Origin: a virus
Lineage: Duplodnaviria; Caudoviricetes
Reading direction: 5' to 3' (one strand)
Virus record (IMG/VR): IMGVR_UViG_3300043436_001540
Location: 1-55,238 of that record
Length of the DNA: 55,238 bases
The notes under the pieces: generated by a model
What the model was told of the DNA's origin: nothing
Seen by the model: only the letters and a program-made list of their open reading frames with translations
Database searches by the model: none
Translations under genes and position numbers: made by a program
Part shown: piece after piece, positions 6,127 through 13,988 of the stretch
Numbering within the stretch: the stretch's first letter is position 1
How the letters are laid out: every line of letters begins with the position of its first letter

Positions 6127-6615
6127 ATGTTTAGATTTGCAATTATACTACTTTTGTGCGGATGTACATCAGTAATAAAATCACAATCGTCTGACGATCC
6201 ACAACCTGTGGATACTGCCGTCAAACTTGACGGCCTCGATGAAAAGTATCACCGCACACAGATTAAAGAATTGATTGGTGTTGACCCTAGGCAATACGAA
6301 TGGTGTGCTGCCTTTGTCAACTCTATTCTTGAACTCCATGACATTCCAGGATCGGAATCAGTAAGTGATCACCCTCTTCTTGCAAGAGGTTTCTTGAATT
6401 GGGGTGTTCCAACCGACCAACCTGAATATGGCGATATTGTTGTTTTAACACGTGGTCGAGCTGGATGGCAGGGCCACGTTGGATTCTATATTGACACAGT
6501 CGTTATAGATGGTGTAGAAAAGATACTTGTTCTTGGAGGTAATCAAAACAATCAAGTTGGTTTTGATGCATATAATGCCAGTCGGTTGTTAGGTTACCGA
6601 AAGATACCTCAGTAA
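6127..6615 (+). CDS. TIGR02594-family NlpC/P60/CHAP-like cell-wall hydrolase, lipoprotein signal
   Basis: WCAAFVN, GDIVV, GHVGF and LGGNQ motifs; MFRFAIILLLCGC; TATAAATA at 6114-6121. Confidence 0.85.
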   Translation: MFRFAIILLLCGCTSVIKSQSSDDPQPVDTAVKLDGLDEKYHRTQIKELIGVDPRQYEWCAAFVNSILELHDIPGSESVSDHPLLARGFLNWGVPTDQPEYGDIVVLTRGRAGWQGHVGFYIDTVVIDGVEKILVLGGNQNNQVGFDAYNASRLLGYRKIPQ

Positions 6616-6616
6616 T

Positions 6617-6691
6617 TGGTTGGGAGGGGTGGATTCGAACCACCGGCCTGCTGATTCAAAGTCAGTTATTCTGCCGCTGAACTACCTCCCA
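6617..6691 (-). tRNA. tRNA-Gln(TTG)
   Basis: ACTGA-CTTTGAA-TCAGC, CCA. Confidence 0.88.
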
Positions 6692-6692
6692 A

Positions 6693-6800
6693 AACTCTAT
6701 TTACAGCTAAGGTCGTCATCCATGACTATCTGCTGCAGCAACCCGGGCCCGCGAAGCCCAGCACGGAATCGAACCGTAAACCCTAGTTGAAAACAGAGTT
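6693..6800 (-). ncRNA. long-stem RNA class 2 copy B with permuted T/D tRNA-like module
   Basis: CTCTGTTTTCAACTAGGGT...ACCTTAGCTGTAAATAGAG stem enclosing ACGGTTCGATTCCGT and GTCATGGATGAC. Confidence 0.6.
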
Positions 6801-6845
6801 AACTGTTTCCAGTCCATCATCGCTTACGCTAGGACAATTTCTAAA

Positions 6846-6858
6846 TTTTCAATGAGCG
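6846..6858 (-). promoter_or_regulatory. boxA-like element
   Basis: CGCTCATTGAAAA following a GGGAA/TTCCC hairpin just downstream of a promoter. Confidence 0.45.
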
Positions 6859-6892
6859 TGGGAAGATTGATACGATCTCTTCGTTCCCTATG

Positions 6893-6936
6893 TCAACATA
6901 TATCATTTAAAAACATATGTCAACAACTATTTTTGG
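6893..6936 (-). repeat. 44-bp exact direct repeat carrying a sigma70 promoter (copy 2)
   Basis: Identical to 5989-6032. Confidence 0.85.
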
Positions 6937-7004
6937 TAGTGCCAGTAAGAGTTGAACTTACTCGTCGGGCTTATGAGACCCAAGTCGGAACCGTCCGTGT
7001 CACC
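6934..7004 (-). tRNA. tRNA(CAT) Met/Ile2, minimal D arm
   Basis: TGGGT-CTCATAA-GCCCG, GTTCAACT T loop, CCA; only 71 nt. Confidence 0.7.
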
Positions 7005-7007
7005 ATG

Positions 7008-7044
7008 AAAAAACCCTCCGAAGATTTCTCTTGGAGGGCTTTCT
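7008..7044 (-). terminator. intrinsic terminator of the putative attenuator
   Basis: AAAGCCCTCCAAGA-GAAA-TCTTCGGAGGGTTTTTT. Confidence 0.85.
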
Positions 7045-7068
7045 TAAAGTGACTTTTAAAAATCTACT

Positions 7069-7158
7069 TTACATAAAGCCTCCGCGTGCCATCGCATAAC
7101 CCTCGCGTGAAGGATTAATGAGTTGGCTAAACTGTGTATGTTTACATACGAGTTGCAT
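7069..7158 (-). CDS. 29-aa leader peptide MQLVCKHTQFSQLINPSREGYAMARGGFM (putative attenuator)
   Basis: AAGGA RBS, promoter upstream, terminator ~25 nt after the stop, GGAGGCTTT complementary to the terminator 5' arm. Confidence 0.65.
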   Translation of the reverse strand: MQLVCKHTQFSQLINPSREGYAMARGGFM

Positions 7159-7193
7159 TGAGGTTCCTTGAATAGGTGTTGGTTATATGAGTA

Positions 7194-7222
7194 TATTTAT
7201 ACTATGTTCTATCAGATGTCAA
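7194..7222 (-). promoter_or_regulatory. overlapping sigma70 -35 and T4 late promoter
   Basis: TTGACA at 7222-7217, TATAAATA at 7201-7194. Confidence 0.7.
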
Positions 7223-7239
7223 CAAAAAAGTTGCGATTA

Positions 7240-7668
7240 TCAAAAACTTTTTAACATCCAACGATGTTTTTCGTGAGCAGTGATACGATCCTCAAGGAAG
7301 TTGACTACGCCAAACTGACCTAGCTGATCGGCAAGAGAACGAACCTGATACAATGCTGTAATAACAATATCGTTGTCACGAGCAAGACGGGCAAACATCA
7401 ATAGAGGTTCTGGAATCATAAGTTCATCTTCGATTCGGCTCAACTCTTGAAAGCGAGTCAATGAACCAGGAGCGAATGATCCAACGACACGAATCATCTC
7501 TGCAATCGGATCAATGGAACCACCAACTTCTTCATAAAACTCACCGAAGAATTCGTGATACTGTGCAAAGTTTGGCCCAGTCACATTCCAATGGTAGTTT
7601 TGTGCTTTAATAGAAAGTCCATAGACTGTTCCAAGTAGTACTTTGAGTGCTTCTGCAAGTTGTTCCAT
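7240..7668 (-). CDS. dps: Dps/ferritin-like DNA protection protein
   Basis: NYHWNVTGPNF-x-QYHEFF, D-x-IAE and EKHRWML motifs; late promoter at 7696-7703. Confidence 0.92.
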   Translation of the reverse strand: MEQLAEALKVLLGTVYGLSIKAQNYHWNVTGPNFAQYHEFFGEFYEEVGGSIDPIAEMIRVVGSFAPGSLTRFQELSRIEDELMIPEPLLMFARLARDNDIVITALYQVRSLADQLGQFGVVNFLEDRITAHEKHRWMLKSF

Positions 7669-7706
7669 GATACTCTCTTATGGTTGTTGTATCAGTATTT
7701 ATAATA

Positions 7707-7728
7707 TGGTGCTCCCGGTAGGACTCGA
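7707..7728 (-). repeat. duplicated 3' end of tRNA(CAT) (att-like direct repeat)
   Basis: 22-bp TCGAGTCCTACCGGGAGCACCA identical to 8456-8477. Confidence 0.8.
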
Positions 7729-7738
7729 TTATTTTATA

Positions 7739-8422
7739 TCAATCAAAATCTATACCGAATGCAATACTCACACGAGTAAATCCAGGTTTGGCCGTAGGGC
7801 TGACCATATGCGGCAACCAACAAGGAAAAAATACCAAAGTCCCTTCTTTAGGTGTAACACAAATAGGATTACCAAAGAAAGGATACCGCTGCACATTATC
7901 TTTCATAACGACAGGCGTCTTTGCAAAATGAATTGGATCAAGAAAAGTCAAGTCTCCTGGCGAAGGTTGACTAGCTGACTTGATAAGAACTCCCTCATCT
8001 AAGTTCTGTTTATCTGAGATGTTTTCATTCTCATACCAACCACTTGAAGGAAAATATACCCCCGCAATCATTTCTTTAGCTTTATGCGCATGTGGCATAT
8101 GATACCCATAAGGATTATCATCTATATTGCCCCAGAAAACCTTAGAGTTTGGTACACCATTAATACCAAAGAAATCATTGCCGACATCTTTAAAGATGGC
8201 GTCAATCGTTCTTTTTAAAGCAGCGAAACTCTCATAGTGATTTTCTAGATAGCCATTAGTCTGCCCAACACCTACACCTGAACGATCGCCGTTCAAATTT
8301 TGCTCTGCTTCTACCATAAGATCGGCAAGTAAAGAACGATTTAGACTTCTAGAATCCTCACCCAACGACATATACATTATCGGATTAGGAAAGGCTTGCA
8401 TTTTACCAATTTTCATATCCAT
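7739..8422 (-). CDS. putative 2OG-Fe(II) oxygenase (TIGR02466-like)
   Basis: HMPHAH, GVYF, PKEGTLVFFPCWLPHMV and RVSIAF motifs. Confidence 0.85.
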   Translation of the reverse strand: MDMKIGKMQAFPNPIMYMSLGEDSRSLNRSLLADLMVEAEQNLNGDRSGVGVGQTNGYLENHYESFAALKRTIDAIFKDVGNDFFGINGVPNSKVFWGNIDDNPYGYHMPHAHKAKEMIAGVYFPSSGWYENENISDKQNLDEGVLIKSASQPSPGDLTFLDPIHFAKTPVVMKDNVQRYPFFGNPICVTPKEGTLVFFPCWLPHMVSPTAKPGFTRVSIAFGIDFD

Positions 8423-8455
8423 GAATTCAATCCTATAATAATTTTAGGTATTTGT

Positions 8456-8531
8456 TGGTGCTCCCGGTAGGACTCGAACCTACGATCAAGACGTTATGAG
8501 CGTCCGGCTTTAGCCGCTAAGCTACAAGAGC
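8456..8531 (-). tRNA. tRNA(CAT), probably Ile2
   Basis: GGACG-CTCATAA-CGTCT, CCA. Confidence 0.88.
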
Positions 8532-8535
8532 AAAT

Positions 8536-8626
8536 TGGTAGAAGTGGGTGGATTCGAACCACCTCAAAGGCGCTAATCTGGCGCAAAGAGTTTATAAGAC
8601 TCCTCTGACTACCAAGTCTCACTTCC
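8536..8626 (-). tRNA. tRNA-Ile(TAT) with long variable arm
   Basis: GGAGT-CTTATAA-ACTCT, GCGC/GCGC variable stem, GGTTCGAATCC, CCA. Confidence 0.8.
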
Positions 8627-8627
8627 G

Positions 8628-8780
8628 TTATTTGCTACTCAGTTGTTTAATACGCTGTTTCATCCAATCTATGACAGCTACCCAACCCTCGTCTTGATAT
8701 GTAATATCTACGACTTGTAGATTAGCTAATGCGATATTTAAACCTGCAAGTTCTGTATAGTCGAGACTGGATTTAGCCAT
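8628..8780 (-). CDS. small hypothetical protein
   Basis: GGGAG RBS before MAKSSLDY. Confidence 0.6.
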   Translation of the reverse strand: MAKSSLDYTELAGLNIALANLQVVDITYQDEGWVAVIDWMKQRIKQLSSK

Positions 8781-8798
8781 TATAACTCCCTGAGATTT

Positions 8799-8874
8799 TG
8801 GTGTCCCCGGTCGGACTCGAACCGACACTACGCAGATTTTAAGTCTGCTGACTCTACCTTTGGCCTACGAGGAC
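8799..8874 (-). tRNA. tRNA-Leu(TAA), short variable loop
   Basis: GCAGA-CTTAAAA-TCTGC, CCA. Confidence 0.88.
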
Positions 8875-8880
8875 TAAATT

Positions 8881-8957
8881 TGGTGCTCCCGGAAGGACTC
8901 GAACCCTCAACCTTGACATTAGAAGTGTCTTGCTCTGTCCAGTTGAGCTACGGAAGC
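8881..8957 (-). tRNA. tRNA-Arg(TCT)
   Basis: AGACA-CTTCTAA-TGTCA region, CCA. Confidence 0.9.
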
Positions 8958-8963
8958 AATGTC

Positions 8964-9341
8964 TTATTTATAAAAGTCAAACGAATAAGTTTGACCATTC
9001 TGCTTAAAAGTAATGGTGCTGTGCGAATAAACCTCCGATCTCTCTGTTACGTAGGTTATTTCTTCCCAGCACTTACGACCCGCTTTATCTGCACCGATCA
9101 CGCCACCAAGTACGGCTCCAGCCGCAGCACCTTGATCATCTCCGGTAAGACCTTTACCGAGTAGACCACCGATGATCATTCCTTCGAGAGCGCCCTGTCC
9201 TGCATTACCTTGCCGGCAATAAGTCTGCGTGATCGGTGTCTCAATGTTTTGCAACTTGTAATGATCTTTGACGGTCGCGCGAACAGTTTCTGCAGAAGCA
9301 GATGTCGCAAACAGTAGTGCAATAGCTATAACAGTTTTCAT
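8964..9341 (-). CDS. glycine-zipper exported protein
   Basis: Signal peptide and GMIIGGLLG...GAAAGAVLGGVIG. Confidence 0.75.
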   Translation of the reverse strand: MKTVIAIALLFATSASAETVRATVKDHYKLQNIETPITQTYCRQGNAGQGALEGMIIGGLLGKGLTGDDQGAAAGAVLGGVIGADKAGRKCWEEITYVTERSEVYSHSTITFKQNGQTYSFDFYK

Positions 9342-9541
9342 TTAAATACCTTAATAAAACCTAGTATAACTAATGCAATCAATCCAATAGCAAGAACGAT
9401 TGCTAGCGGACCCCACAACGGTGAGAGAACCCACCACCACGACCACGCAATGTAGTCGGTTAATTTTAAGGTAATGAATACAATGGCCAATAGACCGAAG
9501 AACCCAATGCCACCTGATTGTGTTTGAGTATTATTTGCCAT
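9338..9541 (-). CDS. small membrane protein
   Basis: Two hydrophobic segments, IAWSWWWVLSPLW. Confidence 0.75.
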   Translation of the reverse strand: MANNTQTQSGGIGFFGLLAIVFITLKLTDYIAWSWWWVLSPLWGPLAIVLAIGLIALVILGFIKVFK

Positions 9542-9747
9542 TAGCTCAACCTTTCATTCCAAAATGCTTCATACATTTCTTTATCAGTTTTCCAGCGAGG
9601 GCGAACTGCAACAGGAGAATCATAAAGACCAACACGCTCAATGAACGCGCCGACCTCTTTATCAATTGCCTTCTCAAAGTCTGATTTGATAGGCTGGGCA
9701 TTGACCCGGCGTATCTCATCTACAACTGAGTCGTGATCGGTATTCAT
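9541..9747 (-). CDS. hypothetical protein
   Basis: ORF coupled to both neighbours (likely start MNTDHDS). Confidence 0.55.
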   Translation of the reverse strand: MNTDHDSVVDEIRRVNAQPIKSDFEKAIDKEVGAFIERVGLYDSPVAVRPRWKTDKEMYEAFWNERLS

Positions 9748-9962
9748 ACATTCCACTCCGATTGTTTTTCGATAGCCCAACGTGCACCGTGAATATAATC
9801 TTTATCTTCGTCTGATAGAATCGACCAGTATACGCTGATTGAACGAATCTGCGCTTCCACCTTATCAGGATCTGACAGATGTTCCTGGGACTCAAGCATA
9901 ATCTGCAGAGCATTTAGACGCTCATCGACGCGCTCAAAGATCATGTCTTTCACAACAGCCAT
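9744..9962 (-). CDS. hypothetical protein
   Basis: AGGAG RBS before MAVVKD. Confidence 0.65.
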   Translation of the reverse strand: MAVVKDMIFERVDERLNALQIMLESQEHLSDPDKVEAQIRSISVYWSILSDEDKDYIHGARWAIEKQSEWNV

Positions 9963-10020
9963 AGTAATAACTCCTATATGTTTCATGCGACTATATTCTA
10001 TTTATTCTATAGAATAGATC

Positions 10021-10209
10021 TTAGTCACATTCAACCATATCATTCTGCATTTGTACGATCATTTGCAACTCAATACGTTCGGCTACCTCTTCGTAATTTT
10101 CGATAGTCGAAAGAATTTCCCACTTGAGGCGCTCAAGATCATAGCCGAACCGATCAGATCGGCGAAGAAGATTCCGAAGAGACTTGGTAACTTCGAGATA
10201 TTCCTGCAT
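10021..10209 (-). CDS. hypothetical protein
   Basis: AAGGA RBS; downstream of a TTGACA promoter near 10261. Confidence 0.65.
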   Translation of the reverse strand: MQEYLEVTKSLRNLLRRSDRFGYDLERLKWEILSTIENYEEVAERIELQMIVQMQNDMVECD

Positions 10210-10262
10210 AATGTATCCTTTTCATTCCCTACATAAGTAATATAATCACTACTACGGAAATG

Positions 10263-10496
10263 TCAACCCTTTTTGCTAAATTTTTTCGTCTTTTTAATAG
10301 AAGCCTCAGTTCGCTTCCATCTTGCCCAGGCTTCTTCAACTTTGTAACGATATGCTACGTTCCATTGTTTGGAAAGACTTGACCAGGATTGGATTACAAG
10401 GGTTTTTGTTTGGATATTTTGTGCAAGGCGCAGGATAGTCCCATCGCCGATCCGGATTTCATCCAGAATGTCGTATTCTACTGCAAAGAAACTCAT
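10263..10496 (-). CDS. hypothetical protein
   Basis: ORF with GAGG RBS. Confidence 0.6.
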   Translation of the reverse strand: MSFFAVEYDILDEIRIGDGTILRLAQNIQTKTLVIQSWSSLSKQWNVAYRYKVEEAWARWKRTEASIKKTKKFSKKG

Positions 10497-10621
10497 TTTG
10501 CATCGTCCTCAGTTACTTCCTCGATGAATTCAATGAGTTGATCTAGCATAAACATGACTTCATCGTCAGGTAAAGCCAAAATTGCCTCAATGCTCGAAGT
10601 TTGGATCTCAAGATCTTGCAT
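10493..10621 (-). CDS. small acidic hypothetical protein
   Basis: AAAGGA RBS, ATGA overlap with the next ORF. Confidence 0.5.
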   Translation of the reverse strand: MQDLEIQTSSIEAILALPDDEVMFMLDQLIEFIEEVTEDDAK

Positions 10622-10684
10622 GGGGTGTCCTTTCATACCATAGTAGTACTATAACACACCTCGTAGCAGATGTCAACCACTTTT

Positions 10685-11116
10685 TTAAAGTAAAGTAGTC
10701 GGTGTCAGATGCTTTACATGGTTACGATGAACTTTTAGTCCTATAAAAGCATTGTAGTATTCATCCGGCCTTAACAGAACGTCACGATCGAATTGCTCTT
10801 TGGCTTCATAATAGCTCATCTCGGCTGTAGTTTTGCAAAACCTTAGAATTCTTCGTTCAAATCTAGTTTCACCGAACTCAAGTACTAGTCCTTTGAGTTC
10901 TTCACTTGATCCATAATAGTCATTCCAATCAGATTCAGTTATTACAGTTCGCTTACGCTTCTGACCTTTCAGAGGCGGCTTCATTCGTTTTGATATTAGC
11001 TTTTTCTTACCAATATACTTTTTACCATTCGCTGTATCAGTTATTTCATAGACAAATCCGATATGGTTACTATCTACATCTTCTGAAGAGAATGGTTTCT
11101 CTTCATAAAGCCACAT
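10685..11116 (-). CDS. GIY-YIG nuclease-family protein
   Basis: GFVYEITD...KKYIGKK, YYGSS, YYN. Confidence 0.8.
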   Translation of the reverse strand: MWLYEEKPFSSEDVDSNHIGFVYEITDTANGKKYIGKKKLISKRMKPPLKGQKRKRTVITESDWNDYYGSSEELKGLVLEFGETRFERRILRFCKTTAEMSYYEAKEQFDRDVLLRPDEYYNAFIGLKVHRNHVKHLTPTTLL

Positions 11117-11274
11117 TATTCGTCCTCTTCTAACTCTTCATCGAACTCGTCAAATGAATCACTGAATGTTACCTCTGTACCGCAATAAGGGCAAAAAGAT
11201 ACAATGTCCTCAACTTCGGATTCCACTGTGTATTCAGCGTCACAATATTCACAAATATGATCTTCTCTAAGCAT
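11116..11274 (-). CDS. small zinc-ribbon protein
   Basis: CEYC...CPYC with an acidic tail; GGGAG RBS. Confidence 0.7.
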   Translation of the reverse strand: MLREDHICEYCDAEYTVESEVEDIVSFCPYCGTEVTFSDSFDEFDEELEEDE

Positions 11275-11343
11275 TTAAATCTCCCAAATTAAAAGGCAGA
11301 AGGTTTCCCTCCTGCCTCTATTTATTCATCATTTGTACAGAGG

Positions 11344-13002
11344 TTATGCTTCGCACACAGCACACGACATAATATCACGAACTAATTCTTGTGCTGGATT
11401 GGCTGAGCGTTGATAATAGAATGTTTTGACGCCGAGTTTCCAACCCTCGATGATCAATGCATTCACATCTTTGGCCGATACATCTGGATGGATGAGAAGG
11501 TTCAATGACTGTGCTTGATCCACATACTTCTGTCGTGCTGCCGCTTGTTGTACAATAGACAGAGGAGTGATCTCTGAGAATGTTTTAAATACGTCCTTTT
11601 CATCCTGAGTTAGGAACTCGAGGTGTTGGACCGATCCGCCTCTTTTGAGGATTGATTCCCAAACATCGAACGTATTCTTTTCATGTGCTTCAAGTGTTTT
11701 TGTAAGATAAGGATTCTTGTAGGTGAATTTGCCCTTAGCAAGATCCTTTGTGAAGTAATTCGACGCGAGTGGTTCAATACTTGGAGATACTTGGCCAAGA
11801 ATAAAACTGCTAGAAGTAGTAGGGGCAATAGCGCAGCGTGTAAGATTTCGTATGCCATATCCGAGTAATCCTTCTGGTTCGCCATATTCAATTGCAAGTT
11901 CCTTGGTTGCAATCATAGACCGATCATCAATAAACTTGGAAATTTTAATGTTTTCCATGTGAGCCTGGAACGATTCAAAGGCAATCATCTTTGACTGAAG
12001 ATATGAATGCCAACCTAGAACACCAAGACCTAATGCTCTCCAACGTGTGGCAAAGTTATATGATGCTTCCATAAAAGCAATATCTTTTACCTTACCGATG
12101 TATTCTTCCATGACAGCATCAAGGAAATAAATCATGGTTTCCACAGCGTCAGTATTCTGCCACTCATCAAAAGTAACGGCATTCATAGACGCGAGGTTAC
12201 ATACAAACGATTCGTCAACAGAAGAAGGCAATGCAATTTCAGAGCAAAGATTGGAAGCCCAGATTTTACGATTTTTATCTTTCAGAACCTGAGGCTTATT
12301 GTTATTCACAGTATCAGTAAAGAACAAATATGGGTAACCAGACTCACGGCGCTTACGAAGAACTCTAGCCCAAATGGCTCTCTTTTCAGCATCACCTTCA
12401 ATCATTTGAGTCATAAACTTATCGGAGATGCAGACACCCATACTTAGGTTCTTGATTGATGAACCTTCCTCACGGCACTCAAGAAACTCCATAATATCTG
12501 GTGACTCAATGTCAATATAAACCGCCATTGATCCACGACGAACGTTACCTTGGCTGATAATGTCTACTGTAGTTTCAAACATATTAGCATAATGTACAGG
12601 GCCATCTGCCTTACCACCAGTTTTAATATCCGAACCACGAGGGCGAATGGCACCGATATACGCAGAGGTGCCGGCACCCATCTTAGTCTGCATACCGACT
12701 TCACCGACTTTATGCAGAATAGATTCTACCGAGTCGTCAATGAATACGCCATTACATGAGATAGGAAGACCTTTTTTGGTCCCAAAGTTACTCCAGACAG
12801 GTGATGATAGTGAATAGAATCCACGACTCATATAGTGATAGAACTTATCAGCAAACCCTTCAATGTCAAGAATGTTTTCGGCTGTCTTGGCAATCTCTCG
12901 TACTCGTTCCTCGGCGGTCATATTTCCATCAATGTAACCTCTTGATAGAAATGTTCTTGATTCTTCATTGGCCCACCACCAATTTTTGGTTGTATTAATC
13001 AT
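11344..13002 (-). CDS. nrdA: ribonucleotide reductase class I alpha subunit
   Basis: ISC, SNLCSEI, AIAPTTSSS, FYY and C-terminal CAVC. Confidence 0.95.
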   Translation of the reverse strand: MINTTKNWWWANEESRTFLSRGYIDGNMTAEERVREIAKTAENILDIEGFADKFYHYMSRGFYSLSSPVWSNFGTKKGLPISCNGVFIDDSVESILHKVGEVGMQTKMGAGTSAYIGAIRPRGSDIKTGGKADGPVHYANMFETTVDIISQGNVRRGSMAVYIDIESPDIMEFLECREEGSSIKNLSMGVCISDKFMTQMIEGDAEKRAIWARVLRKRRESGYPYLFFTDTVNNNKPQVLKDKNRKIWASNLCSEIALPSSVDESFVCNLASMNAVTFDEWQNTDAVETMIYFLDAVMEEYIGKVKDIAFMEASYNFATRWRALGLGVLGWHSYLQSKMIAFESFQAHMENIKISKFIDDRSMIATKELAIEYGEPEGLLGYGIRNLTRCAIAPTTSSSFILGQVSPSIEPLASNYFTKDLAKGKFTYKNPYLTKTLEAHEKNTFDVWESILKRGGSVQHLEFLTQDEKDVFKTFSEITPLSIVQQAAARQKYVDQAQSLNLLIHPDVSAKDVNALIIEGWKLGVKTFYYQRSANPAQELVRDIMSCAVCEA

Positions 13003-13014
13003 TCTTTTTCCCTC

Positions 13015-13986
13015 TTAAAACAAATCGTCCGCAGTAATACCTTTACCCTTAGCATATTCGACCGGACGTTTCTGGAAAAAGTCTGTCATATTAGCGCCAA
13101 GAAGCTCCTCGTCAAACCAATACGTTTGATCAATATGATGTTGGTTATATTCAATTGCGCTGTGATCAAAACCGATCATAGTCAAGGAATCTTTCATTCT
13201 CTTAGCAATAAAGCTCTTCAGAATCTCGGCACTCAAACCTGGAATAGAGTATTCGTCCATGATCCAATCAATTACTTTACCTTCAGCCAGTAATGAATCA
13301 AGACATTCTTGCTGAATACGAGATGTCAATTCAGCATCAAAATACTCAGGATATTCCTCACGGAGAGTTTGGATCAACTTAACACCAACCTGGGCATGAA
13401 GCATTTCCTCATTACGAGTGTATTGTACCTGCTGCGCACAATCCTTCAGCACTGCACGATTACGATTGAAATGCATAATAATGTAGAACTGACTAAATAA
13501 TGATACATTTTCAACGAACAGAGTAAATAGAATGATTGAGTAAATATACTGCTGTCTTGCGTCTTTATAGACTTTCTTATTATACTTACGTAGGTAATTC
13601 ACACGGCCTTTAATTACTTCTTCGTTTAGATTTTCCTCAAATACGTGACTTAGATGAAGAACATCAAGCAGTTTTTCATATGCTAGATTGTGAATGACCT
13701 CTGAGTTAGCCATAGCAAAACCAAGATCGCGAATTGATGGATGAGGCATATGACGACCGATGTCAGCCCAGAATGTTTTTACCGCCACTTCAATCTGACC
13801 AATTGCAGATAAGGTGCGAACAATTACTTCTTGTTCCTCTGGTGATAGATCACTTTTAAACTGTGAATAGTCCGACCTAAAATTGAACTCGTCAGGAGTC
13901 CAAAAGCCTTGCCAGATAGCATCAATGAACTGTTTAGTCCATGGATAATGATCTGGCTTTCTTGCGATTTGTTCTTCAAATAACAT
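13015..13986 (-). CDS. nrdB: ribonucleotide reductase beta subunit
   Basis: FWTPDE, EVIHNLAY, EEMLH, TDFF..RPVEY. Confidence 0.95.
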   Translation of the reverse strand: MLFEEQIARKPDHYPWTKQFIDAIWQGFWTPDEFNFRSDYSQFKSDLSPEEQEVIVRTLSAIGQIEVAVKTFWADIGRHMPHPSIRDLGFAMANSEVIHNLAYEKLLDVLHLSHVFEENLNEEVIKGRVNYLRKYNKKVYKDARQQYIYSIILFTLFVENVSLFSQFYIIMHFNRNRAVLKDCAQQVQYTRNEEMLHAQVGVKLIQTLREEYPEYFDAELTSRIQQECLDSLLAEGKVIDWIMDEYSIPGLSAEILKSFIAKRMKDSLTMIGFDHSAIEYNQHHIDQTYWFDEELLGANMTDFFQKRPVEYAKGKGITADDLF

Positions 13987-13988
13987 CT

